Positions 35,349 through 49,300 of a stretch of 56,258 bases of DNA are shown here, one piece after another. Each line of letters begins with the position of its first letter. The first letter of the stretch is position 1. Location: assembly GCF_001194135.2 (NCBI RefSeq), contig NC_069002.1, positions 24,470,076 to 24,526,333 on the forward strand. Direction: 5' to 3'. The notes under the pieces were generated by a model, which did not search any database, was not told the DNA's origin, and was given only the letters and a program-made list of their open reading frames with translations. This DNA comes from Octopus bimaculoides. Lineage: Eukaryota. The position numbers were made by a program, and so were the translations under genes.

Positions 35349-36316
35349 ACTCCAATAATACCAAAACACGCAGTGTTCTTCCTTTGCATTCAAGCATAGA
35401 CAACTCATCACTAAGCATTTAGAGAAATTAATTTTAGATTTATGACAATTATCTACCTTTTCTTTACGGAGTTACCGGCAATTACCACCAGGTTTAAGTT
35501 TTCTTTATCTAAGAGAGAATATTCAATAAATTGAGAATATTTTGCTTACGTCATTCAGCCTCATGTTTTCTTAATTGCCACCATTAGCGAACTTCAATTA
35601 TTCAGTTGGAACATTTTTATGCAAATTTCGCTACTGTCCAAATGTCATCAAGCCTATTTTCTATACATCAAAATCTATTTTAAGCGCGACCCTATGCTGA
35701 TAAGGTCTAAACGGTCTGAAACATGTGTGTAACTGTCTCCTTTTTGCGAAGCATGCGAATTGATTTAATGAAATTAGATCTTAACTTTTTGAAAATAATC
35801 TCATTTCTCAGAGTCGCAAACAATTATATCTCAGGCTTTGTTTTCTTTGACCGGATAAACGGAAAATGTCAGTTAAATGTAAATTATTCACATGCTTAGC
35901 CATTAGCATCCCCTGTCCCTTTGTTGTAATTGTATGGCATTAGACGACTGGAGTTACTTCCCTTTGTAGAGTTTATATTTTAATAATACAAATATAATGA
36001 CCTGTAGGACTTGTACGTATAAATTTATTATACATATATACTCTTCTATACTTCTTCATGCACCAAACCACATTTGCACAGACTGAAATAAAAATGAAAA
36101 TATTGGTGACGTCTACATTTATAATGAAATATACACACATGCACATATCTATATAGGCATTTGATGCAAGGATTGTTATTCAACAATACACATATATACG
36201 TTTATACATTTGTTGGTGTAACTTTTTGTACGTTTAAACACTTATACGCCTCTCTCTACACGCACACAGAGGTACATATATANNNNNNNNNNNNNNNNNN
36301 NNNNNNNNNNNNNNNN

Positions 36317-36363
<47 letters not shown>

Positions 36364-36429
36364 TAAAAAATGACATCTGTTTATTTATAAAGGTATATAT
36401 ATATATATATATATATACACATTTTTTCT

Positions 36430-36660
36430 AAAGCGTTTGGGACTGCTACGAAAAGGATAGCGCATCAATGGGTTACGACACAAAGGGTCATGAAAAGATC
36501 CATGCTAGAAATATCATTAAAAGAGGACATTCGAAACGAGATAATTTGAGACGGGAACAAGTGGAACCGTGCAGTTTCCGAGTCGTATCCAAGAGATGGG
36601 AAAAGGCCACTCGAAATTTGTCTCAAGATGGAAAAAGATGATGCAGTTTATATAGAGGTG
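36430..36660 (+). mobile_element. RTE-clade LINE 3' fragment, internally deleted
   Basis: TTQRVMKRSMLEISLKEDIRNEII* .. KWNRAVSESYPRDGKRP matches the QRAMER.MLG.SL.D.IRNE / W.PR..KRP.GRP pattern. Confidence 0.75.
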
Positions 36661-36707
36661 GAAGTGCATTGTGACCAACGGTGTACAACAACATCTGGTG
36701 GTCTGGT

Positions 36708-37121
36708 CCAACGCTGGATTAACCATTAAGCAAAATAAGCACGTGTTTGGGGCATCACTACAAAACTGAAAATGGTTTACGGCACGAAAAGAATCTCTTT
36801 AAACTTACTAAAATAATATTCGTAATGTCTTATCCCTGCTAAGTATAGAATCAGAAATTTTACATAAAATTAATTTTCACATCATCGAACAATTTGTAAT
36901 AAAAAAAAAATGAAGGAAGAAACTTTTCAAATATAAATAAAGTGGTAGAATTCACAAATAAACATTATTTTCCATTTTACTGTTAATTTTGTTTCATTTT
37001 GAAAAATAAAAATTCATTTTATGGTTTATTATCGTTTACATTTTGAACCATTTACATATACTTGAGGGCACCAAAATCTTTTAAGTGCTTGGGGCCTCTA
37101 TGCGCCTTAATCCGACCCTGG
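36708..37121. mobile_element. MITE with ~15-bp TIRs (hAT-like)
   Basis: CCAACGCTGGATTAA ... TTAATCCGACCCTGG termini with subterminal GGGGCA/GGGGCC motifs; no TSD recovered. Confidence 0.55.
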
Positions 37122-38139
37122 TACACATACGCACATATATATGTAGATACTCGTGCGTGTGCAAAAATGATATTCGTTAAACTGTTTAAAATATACATAA
37201 AAGAAATATATAAATAGATATATACATATATAAACCATATTATAATTTTAATGCGATATTTTTCATCCCGTCGACTTAAATGAATGGCTTTCAAGAAATT
37301 TATTCGGGTGTCAACAACATAAAGCCTGCTTTAGAATATTACATTTTTCAGCAAACGCAACAAGTATCTTTGAAATCTATTTACATACAGTCATGCGGTC
37401 TCCAAGTCGCTCACTATTACCGCTAAATTTTGTATTATTTCTCCAAGAAGGACATTTCTCTTAATTTAAAATTTTCCTTCACTTCTTTCAGTATAATATT
37501 TCTTAGCCAGCAATTAATTTGCTTCTGGGGATAATTTCCAAATTTATAAAACTCATGTTGCATAGTTATGCATATATTAAACTAGAGTTTTCATTTTCAT
37601 TCATATTTATTCTAATTATTATTCCGAACGCATAATCTTTAAATCTGTTTTGAAAAATATTCCAAATATTTTTACTAACCAGTGCGTTTTGAATTTTCTA
37701 TACTTTGTAGCTTTCAGATTTCAGATATAGTGAGACAGCAAACTCTTACTGAAAGCTGGAGCTCCTACCAAGGAAAAACGATCAAGTAGGAATAGTACGC
37801 AAACATTTATAAGCAATATAGCAATTTATAAAAGTGAGTGGAACCACTCTCCTCAGCAAGCATTTTTTTATATAATAGGATATGCTTTGAATAGTCCATT
37901 GTCTCCAGTTCAACTGTAGTATGGAAAGGTCAGTCCAAATCATCGATGGTTCAAATTCCTACTTCTCTGATCTTTCTCACACAAAATATTACTGCATCTT
38001 TTCTTTTGTTTCGTGTCTCTGTCACCTACACAATAAATCTTTTAGTCATATATAAAAGTTTATAATATGGCAAATTGTAGGTGTTCTGACAATTATTTGG
38101 AACTAAAGAGATTTACATATTAATTTGTGTGAGCTCTCA

Positions 38140-38345
38140 TTAAGCTAGCAAAATTGTCAGCGTGTTGTGTAAAATACTTAGCGATAATTCTTCCGGATGT
38201 TCACATCCTGAGTTTAAATACTACTGAGATTCGCTTTGTCTTTCATCGTTTCGGGGTCGATAAAATTAGTATCAATCAAGTACAGGGTATCAATGCAATA
38301 GACCTCACACTAGCCTCAAAATTGCTAGCCTTGTACCTAAATTAG
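38140..38345 (+). mobile_element. SINE family B, diverged
   Basis: CTTTCATCGTTTCGGGGTCGATAAAATTAGTATCA..GCCTTGTACCTAAATTAG. Confidence 0.8.
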
Positions 38346-38689
38346 CAAGTGTTAGTTATGGGTGTGTAATTAGTGTAATTTTCGGTTTTTCTACATCTTA
38401 TTTGTTTTAAGATGTGTACCTCGTATTTCTCATAAATGAAAAAGGAATTATAATTTATATTTACAAATGGTCTCCGTAATACTGAAAAGAATACAAGCTA
38501 AAAAGAACATTCTTTCGAATGTTGGTAGTGCCACTTTCGTCCCCCACAAAACTAAATCGTTGTACTTCACTGTACAACTTTCCAACTCTATCCTTTTCAT
38601 TTCCCATGAGGTAAGGGACAGATAAAGGCGCAAGCAGCCCGATTAACTTTCCGAACAATGGCTTAAAATATAAATGCCTCCGCTTCCGT

Positions 38690-39480
38690 TACTGCTTGGT
38701 TTTAAATTAAGTTGTCAAATATCTGAGGCTAGTGCTGCCTTTGGTAGACTTGACAAGCGTCTCTGGTCATGCCAGAATATATGTATCCGAACTAAAGTTA
38801 AGGTTTATAACAAGTGTTCTGCCATCGTTGCTGTATGAAAGTGAAATGTGGGTTACTTATCGTAAGCTGTTGAAGCATTTAGAACGGCTCCATGAACATG
38901 ATCTTCAGAAAATTCTTTGGGTAAACTGAAGAATGGCGATCAGTGATGTGGAAATACTTGAGAGAAGTTTTAGTAGGAGTGTAGAACCGATATGTCTGCA
39001 AAGTCGTTTGAGGTGTGGTGGATATCTGGTGAGAATGGGTAATAAAAGACTTCCTAAGCAACTTTAGCATGATGAGCGACAACACATAAACCCAGAATGA
39101 GCTTCAAATTTTGCCTTAAAATTGCTTCGACGCAGACAGGAATCTCAGATGTTGATTGGAAGAAAGAAACACATGACCGAAATAGATAGAAGAAAAGAAT
39201 AGTAGCTGCACGAAGTTGGAAAGGGAGAAATTGAAGCACGAGATCAAGAGGAAGCTTCGAAAGTATGAACCAGTTGATAACGAAGGTGCATTGAGTTTCA
39301 CGTGTGTGATTTGTAGGAGGCAATACTTAAGTCGTGCAGGTCTGGTCAACAATCAAAGAAGTCGCAGGAATCGATCGCTTGTAAATTATGATACAGTCAT
39401 AGTTGTCAACATAACATGTGGAAAGGTATACCGTTCGGTTCGAGGATTAAAAAGGCATGTCAAAAGACTTCATATTGTGT
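38690..39480 (+). mobile_element. RTE/BovB-like LINE 3' region with C-terminal zinc-finger-like motifs
   Basis: ASAAFGRLDKRLW..TKVKVY..VLPSLLYESEMW..LERLHE..LQKIL..RMGNKRLPKQL, then CVICRRQYLSRAGL and TCGKVYRSVRGLKRHVKRLH. Confidence 0.85.
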
Positions 39481-40595
39481 CACCGGTTCTTTCTGTCAGC
39501 CAGTTGTTCTGGTTTTTCTGTGGTTGCCATAGTCGTAGTAGTTTTGTTGCCGATCTTGATTTGAAACTTAGTAGAGAATTAACTAATCCTGTCAACCAGT
39601 TTCTGGAACGCAACCGGTGACATAACTATCAGATAACTATCAGAATATCGAAAGTTATTTAACCGACGGCCTCTGAAACACACACACATACACACACAGA
39701 CACACACACACACAAACAAACATACACACACTCACACACACACAGCGATCAAGCGTGTTACTGAAACGAAATACTTTGTGAATTAATTGTATAGTAACTG
39801 CACTGTAATATATCATCACTTGTCTTTATAATGTATTTATAACGTTGTAAAATACCTTTAAATATATTGGTTACAGTTATCTATCAACACTGCATCTTGT
39901 TTAAATGCAATACGATAAATAATGGTACCCAACAGAATTCCGTCTCGTTTAAAGACGTCATGTCCATATTTTCCAATGAATCTTCTATAAATATAAACTA
40001 AGTTACCGAGTACTTTATCGAGGAGGGAAAAGAAGTACAAAATACAATAAATTTAAGTCCGTGAGAGAAATGAAGCTATGTAAAATTTTAGATATTTATC
40101 GATGAAAGAAAACTTGGTGAGATCTCCAATTTACTTTCACATTTACGTATCATATAACATAAATCATTTGCATTCTATCAAACCTATTCGAACACTCTTC
40201 ATACTTCCGACCCATTCCAGTAATTATACTGTTCGTGATTTATTGAAAAGCATTATGGAAATACGAAGACAAACTTGCAAAATTTATCGAATATTTTTGC
40301 TAACGAGTTTCTGTTCACTTTCCAAATGCATAAGCTTTTACTTTCGAATGAATGCGATTCCGTTACGTAACACAAGAGAAAAGAAAATATGGTCGACTTT
40401 GTGAAAGAAATGAAGATAATCATTCACAAATGCTAAATACGTTTGTGAATGTCTTGAAAGTGTGCAGCCTCTTTATACACATACACAGAAATTCAAAAGT
40501 GCAAACACACAACACACGCACGTAGTATATATTTATCTCTCACTGGATGGAGTAGTCTTCTTATTGATCCTATTTTAATAGAACACTAAACTATA

Positions 40596-41486
40596 CAGGG
40601 TGCAATAAATAAGCTGTCGTCTAAATTACGCAAAAATGAAAATAACACTGAAAACTCATTTTAACAGATATTTACGAAAATTACATAAAAATATCTCGAA
40701 ATACTAAAGAGTAAATTTATTCAATAAACTTGCCATTGGCTTCAACCACGGCCTCCAGACGACTTCGGAATCTCCCGCAATTCTTCTAGATAATCTCCTT
40801 GTTTAAGTTGGTGAATGCTGCCATAACCCTTACCTTCGGTTCATTTTGGTCTTACAAGGAGTTTTGTTGATTTTGTTGGTCTCTCGTTCAACTGCGCCCC
40901 GCACATAATAATCAAGAGAGTTGCAGCTTGGGGAGTTAGGTGGGCAGATATTTGGGGTGATGTGGTCGCAGAAATTGTCTGACAGCCATGACTGGGTTCT
41001 CCTGCTTGTGTGGCAGGGTGCAGAGTCCTGTTGCCAGACAAAGTGTCTTCAAATAGCCACCCTCTTGCTCCGGAGCAGCACTGCCTCCTCCAAGAACTTG
41101 ATGTAGGCCTCCGTGTTGAATGTGAGGCAGTGTGGGAGGATGACTGGAGGCATAACCTTGCCATCATTAGTGATCACTCCAAACACCATGATGTTCACTG
41201 GATTTTTGATTTTTATCACTCACGGTACATGTCCTCAGATTGCACTGCCTCAGGTCGACAAGCAAACACTCTGAAATGTTCGTATTAGAGCTCCTGGTGC
41301 GAACGCCAAGCAGTAGAGCATATCGTTTCCAAATTTCTGGCAGAATGAATTACATTATGGTGCTGTTTTTTCTCACAGAGGGTGCCCGACTGACCCTACT
41401 ATGTTGTGTAATCGACAAAATCAAAATCAAACAATGCAACCGCGCGAAATTAAAATATGAAATGGCGAAAATTTACCCATCGCACC
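40596..41486 (-). mobile_element. Tc1/mariner DD37D (maT-type) transposon, internally deleted
   Basis: TA+CAGGGTG terminus; minus strand VWQQDSAPCHTSRRTQSWLSDNFCDHITPNICPPNSPSCNSLDYY (37 residues between the 2nd and 3rd D), ending EAVVEANGKFIE*; N-terminus fused directly to the catalytic region. Confidence 0.9.
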
Positions 41487-42034
41487 AAAAAATCAACTTG
41501 ACATACCTAGGATTACAGCCGTTTCGAAGACTTCGTGCAGTGATAATTTCAGAGTGGAATCAGTTATGTTTACATGTTTGCATTAATATGCGTACAATGC
41601 ATTATACAGTAGAATTGTATATTCGCAATTCAATGCAAATAAGAAAGCTAGCTCATCAGGATCACCAGAACATCATGGTAACACCATGATTCAACACACA
41701 TTTCTTTTTTAAGTTTAATTTTTCTTAAAGAAACACTAAATTCCCCTTTTCCCACTTCCCATACCATCTCCTACTCGCTTTCAAAAAGCTAAAAACACCA
41801 ATGTTTCTCTTTCGTCTGATGTTTCACGCAGGCATAGAATTGTACTGAAATAGCAAACGTGCATGTGTGTTTGTGTGTGCATGTGTGTTTGTGTGTGCAT
41901 GTGTGTTTGTGTGTGCATGTCTGCATGTTTGCATGTGTATGAGAGAAGGAGAGTGTGAGTGAGTGAGTGAGTGAGTGAGTGAGTGAGTGAGGGAAGATGT
42001 GTGTTGTCATGTATGTATAAGTGGCACTAACTCG

Positions 42035-42073
<39 letters not shown>

Positions 42074-42679
42074 GTATACATCTTTCATATATACATACAT
42101 AAATGCATATGCATACATTTGTTTATATATGTGTGCGTGTGCATGTCCATGTGTGTGTGTGAGAGAGAGAGAGAGTGACTGTATTTCCTCATAATATATA
42201 CAGAAATAGATGTCTTTTAGGATACACACACATAAAGAAAATGTGATGTCATCCTCGTTATCGTCATGGTATAAAATATTTACGGTTGTTTACTTATAGA
42301 AAAGATTATAATTAAGACTTTTTGTAATGCAAATATGTAAATGAAAGTTCATGTGGTAGACGTAAAATTACTCAATCTTTTGATACTCCATACCTCAAAA
42401 TCGACAACTCAGTTTTCGAATGCATAAGGAAGATACGCGAAACACACACACACGCACACAAACTCTCTTTTATATATATGTGTCTTTGTCTGTCGTTCTC
42501 CCTGTCTGTCTCTCACATTCTCTGTGTGTCTACCTCTTCCTGTTTCCTCCTCTTCCCTGGTATCATCCACCCTCATTATGCCACATTTCTTTGTACCTAA
42601 CATCTTTGCACCCCTCTCATTTTATCTTGTAAAAGCCCAACACCCGTAGTCGGTACATTATTGATTTTTATTGAAATCC

Positions 42680-42812
42680 AATTATCCTGTAACCGAACAG
42701 GATGTTAGTTCAACATGTACACAAAGTTTGGTGAAAATGTGTTCCTTGATTTGGACAGTAAGATAGTAACAGACAGACGGACAGACATAACTTGCTATTT
42801 ATATATAAGATA
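42680..42812 (+). mobile_element. HINE/DINE-like 3' end
   Basis: CAACATGTACACAAAGTTTGGTGAAAAT..(GACA)n..TTTATATATAAGAT. Confidence 0.6.
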
Positions 42813-43227
42813 TATGTGTGTGTGTGTGTGCGTGTGTGTGTGTGCGTGCGTGTGAGCTTGTGTGTGCATGTATATGTGTACGTATGTGCGTGTGTGTATT
42901 GTATGTACGTCTGTATGTGCGTATGTGTGTGTATGTGTATGTGTGTGTGTATCGTAAAACAGCACAATGCAATTTATACAAATAAAATAGGTGGATGGTA
43001 TTTACCTGGAATTTCAATATTCAGCGAATGCCAACGTTTCTCTAAAGACTTCCTCAGAGACGGTTTCTAAACTTGAAATACTTGAAGTAGCAGCAAAAAC
43101 TAACAACCTGTGTTATTTTTATTTACTGCATTGTTTTGGCCTTTAAAAATATATAATATAGGTATATATAGATATAGGTATATATANNNNNNNNNNNATA
43201 TATATATATATACACACATACAAACAC

Positions 43228-43582
43228 TAAGAATCTTGCTTCCCAACGACATGGTTCCGGGTTCAGTCCCATTGCGTGGCACCTTGGTCAAGTGTCCTCT
43301 GTTATAGCCTCGGTCGAACAAAATCCTTGTGAGTGGATTTGGAAGACCGAAATTGAAATACGCATGTCATGTGTATATGTGTGTGTGTGTGTTTGTGTGT
43401 GAGTGTCTGTGTTTGTCTCACCCACAATCGCTTGACAACCGATGTTGGTATGTGTAACTCCCTGTAACTTTGCGGCTCGGCCAAAGGGACAGATAGAATG
43501 AGTACTAAGCTGACAAAGTATAATTCCTGAGATCGATTTGCTCGACTAAAGGTGGTGCTCCAGCATGGCCACAGTGAAATGG
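43228..43582 (+). mobile_element. SINE family A, near full length
   Basis: GGTTCCGGGTTCAGTCCCATTGCGTGGCACCTTGGTCAAGTG..(TG)n..CTCGACTAAAGGTGGTGCTCCAGCATGGCC. Confidence 0.92.
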
Positions 43583-43599
43583 CGGCTCGGTAATATCGG

Positions 43600-43975
43600 T
43601 GAAGCAAAAGACTGAATTTGACGAGATCTTATCTTCAGTCGTTCGATTTATTCTTTTTTCTCTTCTGGTAGCCTCAAAAATTTTGGTTCCGATGGTGATG
43701 GAACACCGCCGGCGGATACAGTTCTGGGCTTGTGTTTCAGACGATTTAGGCTCAAATCCAGTGGATTTCAGAGTTGTTTCTGTTGTCCCTTGTATCTTTG
43801 AAGATGGCGACCCGTGGACTTTTCTCTGAAGTGAGCTAGCTGAATAAGACTTAGTGAAACCTTGACTTTTCCATTCTTGCTACATGTCTTGACCATTCAG
43901 CTTCAATATGCTGACGACAACGCTACCCTCTGTCATTCGAAAGAAGAACTCCAACAGTCTGTGAACAATTCAACT
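43600..43975 (+). mobile_element. degraded LINE reverse-transcriptase fragment (RTE-like)
   Basis: LQYADDNATLCHSKEELQQSVN (YADD catalytic motif) and DFR....IFE.GD motif. Confidence 0.7.
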
Positions 43976-45384
43976 CTTAAAAAGAGCAGAAACCGAATCC
44001 GGCAAACCGAAAGAAAAATGGCGACTAGAGTAACAACTACTTTACACATACCATGCATCAATATGCATAATACAACGATAATGATAGGAAGAACAAGCGC
44101 TGCACATTCAAGAACATTGATTAGCAGACGATAGAAGAGTGCACCAAAGATACTGAAGAATCAAGTTAGCGAAATATTTTGAAGTTCTGCAGACTAACTT
44201 ACGAAAATATATAACTCGTTCTACTAGAACGATGATGGGATAAAAATTGGCTTTAAATCATGGAAAAGAATTTAAGACAGAATATAAAACATTCATAAGA
44301 TAAACTGAGAAAGGAAAATCATATGCCAAGAGAAGTAGGACAATCATATTCAACGTATCAAAGGCTCAAACTATTGTTTAATGATTTCAAAATGAGCAAA
44401 AGTGATGAGAAATAAAAGGGCGCTTCCAAAAATTATAACATTGACGTTTTTATTTCCAAAGAACTAAATCTCTTCAAAGACTTCTCTGAGTTTTCTAAGA
44501 AATACGACTAAAACTCAAGTAACTCAAAACGAAGTCTTCTACAGGAGGAAACTCACCAGGAACATCTTTCAATAAAGCATTAATATTTCCAACAGAACAT
44601 AGGACAGATTCGATAAATCAACTGAGAATTGAAGAATAAGTGCTGGCAAAAATAGGCAAAATATCAGCAGCCGTTCTCTCGATCAAATTAAGAGATACAA
44701 GGATATAAGATGGCTACTGCACAAGAAAAAAAAGGAGAGTGAAATTTACATGTACCTTTCCAAAAGTTGCACTTTCCTGAAATGAAAAGCATATTTACAG
44801 AATTCTAATGCAAACGAAGCCTGACGAACTATTTTTGGAGAATGAAAACATAATATAGCTAGAAATGAAATGAATTGTTTTCTAAAGAAAGAAAAGAAAG
44901 TGCAAGTTACTTAAGATTTACTGAGAACACCTCATGAACATCCCGTTGAAATGATCGAAAGTAAAATCATAAAATCCAATTTCTCAAAACAATGTATTGT
45001 GCGTATAGAATACATACGTAGGATAGGGGTTAGAAATCAAAATATAAAAATACGGGTCAAATTTTCCACCGTATGAAAATAAAAGAAACAGTGATGTCTC
45101 TATTGGGAATCGAGAATGGTTCGAAAGCACAACAGAATATGTGTATGCTATGAGCACACTACCATTCCTCAGTTCTACGACTAATATATCTTGACAGGAC
45201 AATTAATTAGTAATTTTACTTCAGATAACTAGCTTGAAAATCAATTAGGTGATCGATTGCTCTGGTGTCATATGATGCAATTACACTTGTGTTATTGAGT
45301 GGTGTGTATTGACACTCTCCAGTAGGTCAACCAGAAGTTTTGTTGTTTGGATTTAAAGGACGGAAGCAAAAAATTGAAAATTAG

Positions 45385-45600
45385 AGCAATGAAGTAGCAT
45401 AACCATGAGAACGTCAGAAACTGTGTTGTAGTATTTTGTTACTCTTCTTTACATTCTAAGTTCAAGTTCTGCTGAGGTCACCTTTTCCTTTCATCTTTCT
45501 GATGTCAAAAGCATGCATAAAGAAACAGTCAAGCACTTCTGATCGATTTTATTGACTATACCGTTCACTTTTAGTGATGACTTGTATTGATGCTAGAAAT
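45385..45600 (+). mobile_element. SINE family B, highly diverged
   Basis: TTCTAAGTTCAAGTTCTGCTGAGGTCACCTTTTCCTTTCATCTTTC. Confidence 0.7.
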
Positions 45601-46279
45601 CAATGCTCCACATACATTCCTAATGCTTGATAACGATTTAGTGTGATGGAAGCCGTATTTTCTTTAGATATACTTTATTAGTATACATATGAATGAAGCA
45701 ATTTCAATAGTCACTAGTTAATCGCTAGTAACATCTCACATTCTTTTGAATTATGAAATACGGGCTAATTTTGTGTAGGAGTTTACAGAATAGCATACGA
45801 AATATCTGCAACTAATATAAACTAAAATATTTGTTTTCCTTTTTTAGTTTGGAAGCTGTCTCTTTGCTATACACGCCAACAATGGAGTCTCTACGAACCC
45901 GTTTGAACAGCTAGAAATACTAATGAGTCTCTTTCAAACTGTACCATGCCATCTTAGAAAAAGATAACAGTGAATAATCTAATACTCCGTTCAAAAAACC
46001 TGAGAAAGGAATAGGATGTCACGGCTGGAATGCCAGCAATCATAAGGCTGACTTTGGGCTAAACATGAGCAATGCTATATTCATGTTATATTCTATGGAA
46101 ATAGTGGTTGCATTAATATATGGTACCGTTTCCCTCGTTGCATCTCCATGTGTAACTCGGTGTTCTTTTGTGTATTGATATAAAACACAGAACTACGGTT
46201 TCTGGTAATTTAGAATCTTTCAGGCAATAAATTTTTTTTGGTTCACTTACAAATGCTACAGCTCTAGTCTTGAGTCTAA

Positions 46280-46452
46280 CTTTGGTCTAAAGAAAAGCAA
46301 CAGCAGTACAACATCCACAACATCTCTGGGATGGTTCAACTCGAAGTGAGATCCGTATTCATGAATTTTCCTTTCAGCAAACACAAATGTAATTTTAAAA
46401 TAAGAGAAAACGCAACCGAGTACACCATTTCTTCCATCGTTATGAGCCCAAA
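46280..46452 (+). other. possible coding exon (unidentified)
   Basis: Stop-free frame ..GMVQLEVRSVFMNFPFSKHKCNFKIRENATEYTISSIVMSP ending at a canonical AA|GTGAGT donor (46453); two minus-strand frames are also open. Confidence 0.25.
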
Positions 46453-46620
46453 GTGAGTGGTATTGAGTTTGAACTCCTGTCGGGGAAACAAGGCATAGTT
46501 TCGGATAGGTGCAGGAATGACCGGGAAAAGTGCATAATAATGCTCTGAAGAATTGGAAAAAGTTGTCATGACAAAGTGATGGGCGGTAGTAGTTTTGTAT
46601 AAGCTTGTGCATGAAGATAT

Positions 46621-46661
<41 letters not shown>

Positions 46662-47253
46662 AATGAGTGAATCTGTCTGTGTATCTGTGTGTGTGTGTGT
46701 GTGAGAGAATGAGTGAGTGACTCTGTCTGTGTATCTGTGTGTGAGTGAATCTGTCTTTCTATCTGTGTTTGCATGTGTGGGTGTGTGTGTATGAGTCTGT
46801 CTGCTATTTGTGTGTGTGTGAGTGCATCTGTCTGTCTATCTGCGTGTGCATATGTGTGTGTGTATGTGCGTGCGTGCGTGCTTGCGAGTGTTTGCCATCT
46901 AGTCTCTACCCCACCATTGCTTTCTTCGGTCTCTTATAATATTCTGGTTGCATGAATATATCAACGTACTCAGATACAGAGCCTCCACTGTCGCTTGTAG
47001 TGAATCACATAATAATACTTATGAAATAAGTATTATCTACGTAATTAGTATTTGATGAAAAGATAAAAAATTTTTAACCTCGTTATTACGTCTAAAATGA
47101 ATAATATATTTGACTTCGTTTAGGATTTTAATTGGAATGATGCGTCGGAAAGATGCGCCATTCTGTCTCCGAAAGAAGAAGCTCCTTAGATTTCAAAAAT
47201 ATCACGCACTTCAGGAATATATTTGAACGACTAACTCAAATCTAACGTTTTTC

Positions 47254-47295
<42 letters not shown>

Positions 47296-48799
47296 TTATC
47301 TATCCATCTATCTATCTATCTATCTATTTACATTTTTGTAACTGCCTAAATATCTGTTTATCTCACTATCAATCTACCAATTTATCTGTCCTTCGGTCTA
47401 TCAATCTCCCTCTATATACACGTGTGAGGTGTGTGTGCGTATTCTACATACGTACATACATACACATATACATACATGCATACATATGCTTATCGACGTA
47501 TGTATAATTTCCTTATGGTGGTATTTTGGAGTTATTAATTACAAATTATTTATCTCGTCTAAGGCTATATATGAACATTATATATCTTTTCGTTTTATTC
47601 CCCACCCTATTCCACGCCCAACGTTTTCATTTCTTCCTCCTCTCTTCTGCTTCTCGTCGATGTAGAGTTTATCGCTGCTGCTGCTGCTACCACTACTACC
47701 ACTGTTGCTGCTGCTGCTACTACTGCTACTTTATTAAGCGTGGTTTAGTGTGGGACATGAGGAAATTGATGGATATATTCTTAATTCAGTATACAATATT
47801 TCAGGTTTTATGAAATACAAATTCACGCTGAGAAGAATATGTTTCTGTTGATACATATATATGTATGTATACATATATATTCACACAAGTATACACACGC
47901 ACAGACACACAGATACACACAATTACACACACACATATATATATAAACATACATACATATACCTACACATATATACGTATATTGCGAATATATACGCATA
48001 TAAATGCTACATATATGCTACGTATATATATATATATATATATATATATNNNNNNNNNNNNNNNNNNNNNNNNNNNNNNNNNNNNNNNNNNNNNNNNNNN
48101 NNNNNNNNNNNNNNNNNNNNNNNNNNNNNNNNNNNNNNNNNNNNNNNNNNNNNNNNNNNNNNNNNNNNNNNNNNNNNNNNNNNNNNNNNNNNNNNNNNNN
48201 NNNNNNNNNNNNNNNNNNNNNNNNNNNNNNNNNNNNNNNNNNNNNNNNNNNNNNNNNNNNNNNNNNNNNNNNNNNNNNNNNNNNNNNNNNNNNNNNNNNN
48301 NNNNNNNNNNNNNNNNNNNNNNNNNNNNNNNNNNNNNNNNNNNNNNNNNNNNNNNNNNNNNNNNNNNNNNNNNNNNNNNNNNNNNNNNNNNNNNNNNNNN
48401 NNNNNNNNNNNNNNNNNNNNNNNNNNNNNNNNTATATATATATTAGTTTATGTATATATTAATATTATCTCAGTTTTAAAAAACCTTTGATAATCTAAAT
48501 ATGTTAATAGTTACCAGAGGTAGCAAAATTACACTAGAAACCAAGATATCACAGCCGCTTTACAGGTAGAGATACCAAGTTAAATTGATACATTTTGAGA
48601 AGATATGAATAATAATAATAAATGGAGCAAAACGCATATAAATAAAAGTTCCTTTAATTCCTACACATGTTCCAAAATATATGAGAGCACTTCTACAAAG
48701 AAGTAAGAGCTGCTGGAATTCCTCATATGTTCATCTTCAGCGAATCAACATATAAAAGCAAGACAAATACGAAATGATGAGGTAACTTACGAGCTAAGA

Positions 48800-49300
48800 T
48801 GTTACATGGTCAAGACTTGCTCTATTTTTTTAAAGCTTTTTAGATCTGATGTAGCGATTTTCTTTTGCTTTTTCTAACAAATTGACCTTTCCTTATCATA
48901 TTAGAATAATATATGATGTCTTCGTGGACAACATTCCTGACTGTTGCTTCTGACACATGGAGATCTTTTGGAATTGACCTCATGGAATTTCTGGGATTGT
49001 AATCAATGGTCTGTTGATCGTACTGGATGAATTCAGGTGTTCTGATGATTTCAGAACGTTTAGAATGGATTTTAAGCTTTGATACTGGTGATACATTCCC
49101 ATCTTCAGTCTCTAGCTCCTTACAAACTTTTTAGACGAATGTTCTGGCAACTTTTAAAAGTCGAGATATTTCTAAATCGCTATGCCTTTATAACCGCAAT
49201 AACAGCATGCCTTTTCATTTCTTGAGTAAGCTGAGGGTCTGCCATTATTATTTTCTGAAACAAAGATTATACAGAGTTAGTAAAATATGCAGCAATGACC
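48800..49300 (-). mobile_element. Tc1/mariner (DD37D-type) transposase N-terminal relic
   Basis: ATG at 49245: MADPQLTQEMKRHAVI.. then RSEIIRTPEFIQ..DYNPRNSMRSIPKDLHVSEATVRNVVHEDI (HTH region), with stops and frameshifts. Confidence 0.8.

Noticed and set aside
35697-35727. CUGAUAAG..GAAACAUGU motif
   Set aside because: Core is altered and stem II is not complementary
40102-40404. 100-aa ORF; likewise 23036-23455 and 29991-30239
   Set aside because: No recognisable motif or splice support; compatible with chance
44010-44950. A-rich stretch resembling a decayed LINE EN-RT linker
   Set aside because: Too degraded to recover a diagnostic motif by eye
47670-47730. (CTG)n/(CTA)n tract as a poly-Q/poly-S coding region
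   Set aside because: Flanking frames close quickly and no splice signals or homology are evident
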